64,000 nt of DNA. Origin: Oculina patagonica (taxonomy: Eukaryota). Below are positions 1 to 10,800 of the stretch, piece after piece. The translations under genes were made by a program, and so were the position numbers. The stretch lies in the NCBI RefSeq assembly GCF_052425735.1, contig NC_135758.1:36084001-36148000 (forward strand), written 5' to 3'. The number at the start of each line of letters is the position of its first letter. Positions within the stretch are counted from its first letter, which is position 1. The notes under the pieces are model-generated. The model saw nothing but the letters and a program-made list of their open reading frames with translations. It ran no database searches and was not told the origin of the DNA.

Positions 1-1830
1 TTTTTTAAAAAAAAAAAAATTTTAAAAGGACCATAACACTTACATGGCTTGTGTAAGGGCAATGCCTATTAAAATTACAGTGAGTATTTTAAAACAAGGT
101 AGAAATCACTTTCTTTTCAACTTGTGTTGTTCCAAGAAATGCCCATACCCTCCCTCCCATGAGTGGATTTTTGTTTTCCCCCCTCCCCTCTTTCCCCCAC
201 CACTACCCCTTCAGAATTCCCAACTTTCTTTCTTGGGGTGTCAAATGCCTCATCCCCAGACATCTGCCTCCTTGGTTGTACACGGTTTGCTAGGCATTGT
301 GAGACTGACGTGCATGGTTTGCTTGGCATTTGTGTGCCTGATGTGGACAACTTGCTCCCTAACCATCAACTCTCACACTCCCTGTTTTTCTGACTTACCC
401 CCTTAACCATCCACCTGATTGGTGTGTGGGGATGAGGCAGGGGTGCCAGTGGGTATGGATATGTCCAGGGACTGCACTTTCTTGCAATCTATATGAACTT
501 ATATTTAACATAACTTAGAACAGAGTGCTTTAATTTTTCAATTTTGAAAACAAGCGGAATCGTAACCTTCGGCGCCAGAGCACGGCCCGGGAGCGCTCGC
601 GGCTAGTCAGGAATGGTCCCTCATAACTTTGTAGTGCTCGTAAAATTAGGCTTCTGCTCGGAATGCTTCCAAAATGTCAGTCACTCTAAAGGTTTTGATC
701 AGCATAATGCTTTCAAACTTATTCATTGCCTATTTCTTTTTAAAGTACAGTGTTCTGTGAGGGAAAAAATATTATGAGCAGCAAACTCATGCAAATTTGC
801 ATGTGTGACCCAAACATCAGCCTGTTCACAGAAAAAGTTGGACAGGCAGCTTATATTCAGAAGTAGATAATTACTAGGTTCTATCACGATTTTCTCTTTG
901 TCGTCTCTTTTTTTTTAGGGTGGGTGTTTTTTTTTTTTTTTTTTTTTTTTGTTTCATTGGCAAATGAGGGGCTTATAAACAGAAGGGAGAGCTTTTAAAC
1001 AGCATTTTACAGTATATGCACACTAGACCAGGGACGGCAGAGACCGGGGAGCTTGCCCCAGAATTTCTGAGAAAATAAAGACTTACTAAGAGAAGAGTCT
1101 TTTAAGCCCCCCCCCCCCCCCCCCACTTCTTCAAGTCACTAGTCGGTCCCCCAGTTGGAAAAAATAATGTTCTGCTGTCCCTGTAGACAGGGAAGTAATG
1201 GTAGTTGGATTTTTCTACAAAACTGGCGAAATATCCACCGCACAATCCACACAATTTTTTGGAATAATCAAACACTTTATATATCAACAAAGCAGTCCAC
1301 ACATATGATCTATAACCATTGACTAATTCAAAAGGGTGTGCTGTAAAAGATCTATTAAGTCCCCCCCCCCCTTTCTCAAGCCTCCCTCTCCTCCTCTATT
1401 TAGCGCCTGCCCCTGACTCCACCTTAGAAGGTCTTAAAAAGAAATCCCCGGGGGATGTTTTTACGGTATCCCCTTGTTGACTTCTTTTTCCCCGTAGGGA
1501 AAAGGTGAGATCTCACACATTCATTCTCGTCCCCATAGCCCTTTGCATTTCTCTTAGCCAACAGGGCATTTGGCACAAGACACAATTTCCAGTCCTAGAT
1601 TCTAGGACTTCTGGTCATTATGTATGTAGACATGATGTTACAAAAGAATGAGTGAGAAAGCCGTTTCGTTTCTTACTTCCGTTCAAATCCTATGTCCCGT
1701 CCCCAGAGCCCTTCGTTTCTTGTCCGTCGTCTAAGAAGAGCGTTAAGGTAGGTCAGCGGTATTCTTGTGAAATGAATACACTACAATAAGGGATAAATGA
1801 AGTACATACCAAACCATACATGAAAGGAAA

Positions 1831-4800
1831 ATGGCGGAGTTTTATCGTTGTGCAGTCGGTCCCCAGTTGCACCGGATTTTTACGAGAAATAGTCGACAGG
1901 TAGGTGTTAAAATCGTATATATTAATACAAGTGTTTATTCTTTAAAGAGTAAATGGATTTTTTTTGGGTGTGGGGCGTTGATTTTACATTGTAAGGTTTC
2001 CACCTGGCTTGCATAATTTTGATGTTTTAGTTTCGTTTTCAGTATACAGTGCAAATATTTCATCTGTGTTTATGGTGAATTACTTTTGACTGTCCTATTC
2101 TAGAGTAGGGCATACGAAGCAAACGGATTGGAGCAATGTGGTGCAGGAGTTTTACGGGCGGTAAGTAAGTTATGGCTTCACAGTTGCTCGAGTTTGAGGG
2201 GATAGTTGTGGTACAATTTTACCTTTGGACAGGTACAATTCGGTATTTTCAGCACAGTTCTTTCGATGTAAATAAAATATTCAAATCTGTGTTACTCGAG
2301 TCGCAGGGCAAAGTTTACCGCGAAAATTGTACAAGGCGCCCCATGTTTTGTTAGGATTATATTAACGCCATTAATTTAGCTATTTATTGACTCTTCTCAA
2401 AAGAAGTTTTTTCTCGATATCTCACGATCATTAACAATTTTACATTATTTTTTTTACCAAACTACAAATCAGTGTTTTAGCTTTAGAATGAGTGAAGAAA
2501 AATTTCTTTCGCAAAATTTGGTCTCTGGAGCCTGAAGGTCTACAGTATAATTGCAAGTTTACTTTTTTACCAAAAAGCTGTTTTCAGTCTTGATTAAGGG
2601 CCTAATTACATGGCAAATTTCAGCCTGGGCTGAACACTTTTAAAACTGAATAATTATCGTGGCTGCCATTTTCTTTCAATGAACAGCACCACTGCGCATC
2701 CGTAAGCTCAATTTCAGCCTGGGCTGAAATTGAAAACTTGATTACATGAGGTTTTTTCAACCCATTTGCCCAAGCTGAGATTTCCAGCCTGGTTTCAAAA
2801 ACCGGGCTGGAAATTTCAGCCCGGGCTGTAATTTGGCCCAGGATGAAACTATCCTCATGTTATCGCAAACAACTTTTTAAGAAGATTTGTTCAGGAAGCT
2901 GGGCTGAAATCTCAGCCTGGGCTGAAATTCTTCATGTAATCAGGCCCTTAGAGTTGATGCATGTGACTTGTATGGCATAAATTTTAAATAATAACTCAAA
3001 AAAATAAATAACTCTTAAAAGGTTATTCATAACAAACCTTTTTCTAATTTCATTGTAGTTGTCATTGGCTTGGTCTGTTTGTTATTCAACCTCCTTGTTT
3101 ACTGCACCAGCACTAGGATTTTATCTCCTGAGAAAAGGTCTGTATCACCCTATCCTGACTGGATATCATATGTAATGTACACTGTATATACTGTATTCTG
3201 GCTGTAAATTTTTTTTTTCTTAGATTAATATATTCTATAACTTAGTCTGGTCACTGAAATTAATATTGAAAATAGAGTGCGACCACCGCTCTATGTCTCC
3301 CTCCCTCCCTTTTTCCATCTCTAAATCCCTGTATACATGTATTTCCCATCATTCAGTATTCAATATTGTGCTTGGATGACAATTTGGTGAAGAGAGGTAT
3401 TCTAAGATGATTGAGGGCAAGGAAAAATGCAACCATGGATTGAGTAGAGTTCACCCGTAACAAAAAAGTTTAAAAGTTGTGATTAAGCTGACTAATAATA
3501 TTTGTGTCTTCACCAGGTCTGTTAAGCCATGCTGGTTTAGTTAGCTTGTCCAGGTTTATTGGTACAGGACTTATGTTTGTATTTGGAGCAATGTGTATTA
3601 GAGGTAATTCATGATTTAATACATAACATAAAATATCAAATGGATATATTTTTTGGTTGTATGTTATAGAATGAAATACAACATTATACATGTATTTATC
3701 CCCTATTTTTCACGCTTACTTCACTTAAGGGCTCTAGACTAACTTTTTAGCTAGCTAGCCTCTTTGATTTCACTAACCAAAATCATTTTTGAGTTATTTT
3801 TTCAAAAATAGCTCTTAGTCGGCGCGATGGACCTGTAATCAGTCAGTGAAGTATGTGTGTTTGTCACACCAATCAGATTTCAGGTACTATCAGAACCAAT
3901 CAAATTGCAGTTTATAAAGGCGAAGCAATCTGACACAGTTGTAGTGAGCGATTTCGTTCGAAGATTTTAGATAATTAGAAGGAGGCGGAATCGGTGAGTT
4001 GTGAATAACCCTGGATTAAAAACATTTTTCGTAACGCTCGCCTGCTTACAACGCACACGCCGTGAGCAAAAGGCCCAACACTAACTTGTTATTCGTCTTA
4101 TTAACTGCGCTGCGCAGTTCTTGCTCTGCAAGCGGTTTTTTTTTTCTCAGTGACCAGACTGATGCCCCGCTCGGCCGGGCTCGGGTCACGCAAGGTTTAA
4201 AAGCTAGAAAAAACTTACCAATGGGAAATTTTCAAATGCTTTGGTCTTAATAAGCATGTTTAGCATGAAATGTCCGATTTTGAAGCGTTTTACTCAAAGA
4301 AATTTCTAAATTTTCATGCGTCAAAAGAAAAATATATTTCAGCGGGCCAGAATCTGTGAATAAATACCATTACGTTGGTGTAAAAGAATGTGCTGACATG
4401 ACAAGTTTCACTTTCGATCGGCTAGACCTCGAGTCACGTAATTTTTCAAAGCTATTATCAGCTTCCTTTCAAATCTTTGCGAAGCCATTAATCTTTCCTT
4501 ACAAAATTCAGTGTGAAGTATTTTGAAAAGTTTGAATCGAAGAAAATACTAAAATTTCACGCTTTAAACAAATACGCTTTAGCGGGCAAGAATTTACATT
4601 TATTTACATTACGTTTGTGTCCTGGAATGTGCTGGCGTTAGCAAATTTTTACTTTCACAAGGCACTGATCGGCAAGAATCACGCAATGCTCTGAAAGGTT
4701 TAAATCTGCCACAAACGGAAACTAAACAAATCCTCTGGTCTAAACTTAGCATGTTAAGTGTGAAATGTTTGACTTTTTAGCGTTATTTTTTTTTGGAGCT

Positions 4801-7800
4801 GTGTCATCTGGAGGATTTCTGAAATCTGATGGAAAACCACTGAGACAAACCCTGACTTGCAAGGGTTGTACACGTCATTGCTAAATTAATTCCCCGGGGA
4901 ATTCCCATTCAGCAAAACACAGGTCTAGTGTTTTTCTCAAATTTGATTTAATTATTTGCTCCAATATTCCATTTTCGGAGCTGGTTATTCAATCTTTAAA
5001 CGGTAATTCAAGACAACACTGGATGCTGATTTAAAAGATTTTTTTGTTTCACGGATCAGGATCGTGGGAATTAAATTTGGCCAGCATTAGCATATAAGAA
5101 AAATATTTAATTTCGGATGGAACTAGTCAACCATGAAATGTCACGCAAGGTGTTTTCCTACCATCTTGTTTGTCAGTCACAACATTGTTCGACGCAGGTA
5201 AAGGGGATAAGGGGGGCGGCGCATTTTTTGTTCCCCCCACATGGCTCCCCTAAAGTGCTCACGAGACCAGTGCAGTTGTAAGCTCTAAGAGCTCTTGTTC
5301 GAGCGTACGTTTGGAGAGGCTAGCTCTCTTGACCGTAGTAAAAATTACATAAAACATTTGCTCAAAGCAGATTTCAAGAATAATGTTGTCATTACTTTTG
5401 CCGCCCGCTTTGCGAAGTTCGTTGGGAAATTGGAAAGTTTGTTACGAAGTTGCCAAATAGGTTGCGAGTTTGCGAATCAAAAATTGCGAACTTCGATACA
5501 AAGTTCCCAACTTCAGCCCGAATTGTTAAAAACCTTATGTAATTATGTTATCAAAATGGGCTTTGCTACGCTAAACTGTTGGAAAAAAATGTCATAAAAA
5601 TAAAAAACTTTTATGTTCAGCGAGCCGTAAACATGTTGTCTCTAAAATCTTCGAGTTCAGAATTCGCCATGACTTTCGAGCAACATGTCTTGTTTCTCCT
5701 CAACTACCAAACTTGGAAAGTTCAGTCGGGCCGAAGTTGGGAACAAAGTTTCCAATTTCCCAACAAACTTCGCAAAGCGGGCGGCCAAAGTAAACTGAAA
5801 TCAACTGTAAAACATCTCGTTCAAACATTTAATGAACCGGTACAAGTATGTACTTTGCTGTTAAAAGCAACTTCGATCGATAGCTAAAACAGAATAAGAG
5901 CGTGCCATTCCGTGACAATTTGAAAACTCAATTAGTTCTTGTTTGTTGAATAAAATTTACGTTGTGAATGAACCAAAATCTTTGTTGAACAGTTCTGACA
6001 GGTAACAAATTCTCCAGGTGTACTGCGCTTTAAAGAACTTTCCCGAAAAGATTGTTTTTGATTTGATTCGTTTATTACTTCGTTTATTACAGTACTTTTC
6101 GTTCAATGACTATATGGAGACGTGGCTTTTTCGAGAAAAACAAGGGTATCATGTTTTGTTCGTTTAAAAAAAACAAAGTATCATGTTACAAAAGTGAGAA
6201 AAACAACGGTATCATGTTACAGTGTTTGGCAAAACGCCAAAAGTATTCCCTAACAAACAAAAAACAGGTGTCAGATTGTTTCCGGACAGTCAGACTGTTT
6301 CCGGACAAAACTTATTAAGCACAAAACTCGTCTTTTGTGCTTAACAAGCACGTTTCACTGAGGTTTCACCTCTCAACTTTGCTTATTAAGCACGAAATAC
6401 GATATTTGTGCTTCATAAGCACGAAAAGTAGCCTTTTCTGCTTAATAAGCCCTTAAAATGTGCTTATCAAGCAGCAAACGCGCGCGTTCTGCTTATTACG
6501 CAGAAGTGTAATAACATTTAGCGAACAAGAAATTTTTGCAGCCGCCATTACGGACAAAAAAATCGAGAGCGAAAACAACCCTTCGAATGTATAAGTGTTT
6601 AAAAAAGCCATAAATTAGAAGTCTCGTCTGCCTAGTCATTTCACTGAGGGTTAACCAAGCCATGACTTCTTCAACTACGGGAGAAATTTTCCCAAAACTG
6701 CTTCGACTACGCGGCGCGATCGATCGGCGATGTCGTAAACGAGCCGCTCGTTCGATGCTCAAAGTTTTCGGAATAAAAATGAGCCCTCTTTCTCCAACCA
6801 AACAAAAAAAAAACAAGCAAAAAACAAACACAGAAACAAAACAAAAAGATAAAGAAACGATTAGCTAGGTTTAAGAACGGTTAAGATTTGAATGAACATT
6901 GGATGATAAGATCTATTTTCAACACGACGAAATGAACAACTTTCAGATTCACGGTGGTTTACGCGGTCTTAAAAATTGTACTATTCGTGTTATTTGAGTC
7001 GATTTGGGATGAGTTATTTGCAAAAACTAAGAAGCAATGGATGAATCATTGTTAAAAGAAAAACATTTAACAGAAGACTTTTTTGCTGCAACCATCCATA
7101 AGAATTTTTCCTTTTCGGAAAGAATATTTTCAAACGTTCTGCGATTTCGCGGCGGATCGATCGGCGAAGTCGGAACGAGCAGCAAAAGTCGACTATAAAA
7201 GATTAAAATACAAAAAACCAAAAACGAGTTCTAGAAGATGAAAGGCTTTAGGAGGCAGCAGGAGAACGGAATATTTGAATGAATAAAGCCTTAAAAAATC
7301 GAAGTAATATGCAGTTTAAAGTCGGTTTTGGACACGACGAAATAAACAACTAAACCGCTATCATGTTCAAACACGGCAAATTACCACGGTCAGAAAATTT
7401 TTACTTTCCGCGTTATCCTTGAACATTTGGTCTGCAAAATTCCTGTGCAAATACTCGCAAGGTCATAGATATGCAAGATTCATTAGAATTACGTAGAGTT
7501 TTCATTCACAAACTGTAAATATGAAGCGAGGCAGAGATCTAGACAATGTCTACTGTGTCTAGCGAAGCTGTCATCTTCGCGGACCTTATTTTACAACTGA
7601 CTTCAAATGTTATGTTTTGATTAAGAGTCACTTGCTTGGTTTTGACCAGCACATGGCACGTTTTGTTTATAGGTTCTGCGTATTAAACAATAATTTTCTT
7701 CCGAATCAGAACTGTACGTTACAACAGTGCAGCTTGCAAATACAAAATTTTTGTCTTCATGAGCTACGTAAGCTTAACTTATACCGACAAAAAACAACAC

Positions 7801-10800
7801 AATGGATGGGGAGTTCTATTAATTTCACTCGAATTTTATAATACAAAGAAGTAAAGAGGTTTCTGAATGTAGCAAGAATGAACAGTTGGCCTATTCTCAG
7901 CATAAAAATATGCACTTGAGTTTAGGATAAAGTCGTTTATTCTGGACACGGCGAAATGAACACTGAGAAGCGCGGCTCGTACAATTTATTATGCGATTCA
8001 CACGAACCTTTTTACCGCGCTTAGAAATTCTGTAGGAATTTGAACTGAATCGTGTGTCAAGTGAAGGTGGACTTAAAATACCAAGAAAGTATAAATAGAG
8101 CGAAAACTAGTGTGAAAAGGTTAATGAACAGAAACTTGTTCTAAGTTCAGTGTTGACTTAAGCTTAATTTCTGTCCACTGAAATGAACACTTCGATTCGA
8201 TAAACAAAATTTATAGCAAAAGATCATAACAAGAAATTTTATGGCGTTTTTGCAATTCGGCGAATTCATTCTGATTCACGAACCGTATAAAATTGACCAA
8301 AATGTAGACAATGCAGACATAAGAATATTTATTCAAACCGGAGGTTTTCCAAAACGGCAGTCCGTCGAAATAAGCTTTAGATTTAGAAATTTAGCTGGCG
8401 TTCTCATTCTAGGGGAGAATCTAGCCAGCAATTTAAAACAATTCATCACACAAGAATTTTAGAACTAAATAAAATGTAAACTGTGAAATCGGAGAACACC
8501 TTCGATTCGTTGATCAGAATTTTAGCTTAGATCAAGAGATAACTAAAAGTTCGCAGCTTCTTCGGAGCGTTTCTCATTGATTTTTGGTTAAAACACATGT
8601 CCAGTGGAACAGTAAAATAGCTTAAGGCTGAAAGAGTTTTGCCTGTAAAGTTTGAATCAGGATCTTTGTTTGAAAAAGCAATGTCACGCAACACGCCGGC
8701 TTCAGAAAACAGCCGCTTAGAACAGTAGAATCTGATCTGCCCACGTTTTAGTGAGAAACTGAGATTTTCAGTCCTAAACATTTACTCGAGCGAAAGTAGC
8801 TACAGAAACTCTCAAAACATGCAGAGGTTTCCTAATGATCAGATCGTTTTGTTGGGTATAACTGAGCTGTAGAAAGCATAGAGCTTGCTTTTCTTCTAGA
8901 AGCAATTGACAGTTCTTTAACAGTCGCGCCAAATATTGCTTTGCGCGGGAAAAATTTCCGACAGCTTTTTTAAAAGCCGAGGCAATTAAATTCATCACGA
9001 CAATGAGAACACGACTTTTTAACATCAACATTTTCTTTTTATTTAACGCCAACATCAACTAATTGAACAAGAGAACAAATATGAGCTCACCTCTTAACAA
9101 CAGTCACAGCAACCGGACATCATGGCCGCATCAGCTTCTTTGTCAAAGCAGAAATTCATGCGCGTCTAAAAATTCTTTTGTAAACACTTGCTCTTTAAAA
9201 TTTCAACTGCCATCGGTGATTTGACCTGCTGCAAGTGATATCACTTGCGGTTTTTTTTATGCAAACACTTTTCTGACCTAGTATACGTAGCATAACAGTT
9301 TCCAGAACTCTCCAAAAGGCTTGTCAGTAGATTGCAAACGAATAGTTCTCAACCAAAATGGTTTTAAAGTTCGCTCAGGCGTGTTTTTTTGAGTAGTCCT
9401 GGCCCTCGCATAAACAAGTCGCGTACTCCACACATGTTGATTTCACATGCTAGCCATGCTCGCGGTCGTACAACTGCAATTTTCTCCCGATAGTGGTTCC
9501 CGGCGACGGGTTCACCTTTCAAAAATGACAGCAAAATAAGTCTTTTTCAGCTCATCGCAGTATTGCCAAAGTCAATAAATCTTGATCGCCCGACTGAGTT
9601 CAATAAGGCACTGTTTTTTTTTTTCATTTTAACCACTTTTCGTAGCCTAAAAGTTTGGAAACCCGCTACCGACGTGTTTGCAGAACTGCCGGAAAGCAGG
9701 AGAACTTTCAAACGGTTGCTCGGTTGATCGATAAGGCGTGACTGAAACTTTCTGACAGCGAGCTTCGTGATTGGCTATCGTGGACGCGCCTTTATCACAG
9801 CAAGCGCTGTGATTGGTCACCATGGACGCGCCCAATCGATCAACCCAGCAGCCAGCACCTTCCGTTTGAGAATCGGAGAGCTGTATATCTGTAAGTTCTC
9901 ATGCATGCTTGATCACGGCGGTGGCGGGGTTAATGTTGACCTTTTAGGCTACGGAAAGTAGTTGCCTTCTTCAACTCAGTCGAGCGATCAAGATTTATTG
10001 ACTTTGGCGATACTGCGATGAGCTGAAAAAGACTTATTTTGCTGTCATTTTTGAAAGGTGAACCCGTCGCCGGGAACCACTATCGGGAGAAAATTGCAGT
10101 TGTACGACCGCGAGCATGGCTAGCATGTGAAATCAACATGTGTGGAGTACGCGACTTGTTTATGCGAGGGCCAGAACTACTCAAAAAAACACGCCTGAGC
10201 GAACTTTAAAACCATTTTGGTTGAGAACTATTCGTTTGCAATCTACTGACAAGCCTTTTGGAGAGTTCTGGAAACTGTTATGCTACGTATACTAGGTCAG
10301 AAAAGTGTTTGCATAAAAAAAAACCGCAAGTGATATCACTTGTAGCAGGTCAAATCACCGATGGCAGTTGAAATTTTAAAGAGCAAGTGTTTACAAAAGA
10401 ATTTTTAGACGCGCATGAATTTCTGCTTTGACAAAGAAGCTGATGCGGCCATGATGTCCGGTTGCTGTGACTGTTGTTAAGAGGTGAGCTCATATTTGTT
10501 CTCTTGTTCAATTAGTTGATGTTGGCGTTAAATAAAAAGAAAATGTTGATGTTAAAAAGTCGTGTTCTCATTGTCGTGATGAATTTAATTGCCTCGGCTT
10601 TTAAAAAAGCTGTCGGAAATTTTTCCCGCGCAAAGCAATATTTGGCGCGACTGTTAAGAACTGTCAATTGCTTCTAGAAGTCAAGCAAGCTCTATGCTTT
10701 CTACAGCTCAGTTATACCCAACAAAACGATCTGATCATTAGGAAACCTCTGCATGTTTTGAGAGTTTCTGTAGCTACTTTCGCTCGAGTAAATGTTTAGG

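Noticed and set aside
44-490. ORFs of 76-120 aa on both strands at the window start
   Set aside because: Low-complexity, interrupted by stops in the most coding-like frame, with no recognisable domain or consistent exon chain.
6270-6500. CRISPR-like array
   Set aside because: Eukaryotic context, irregular spacing, degenerate dyads and no cas genes; better explained as transposon subterminal repeats.
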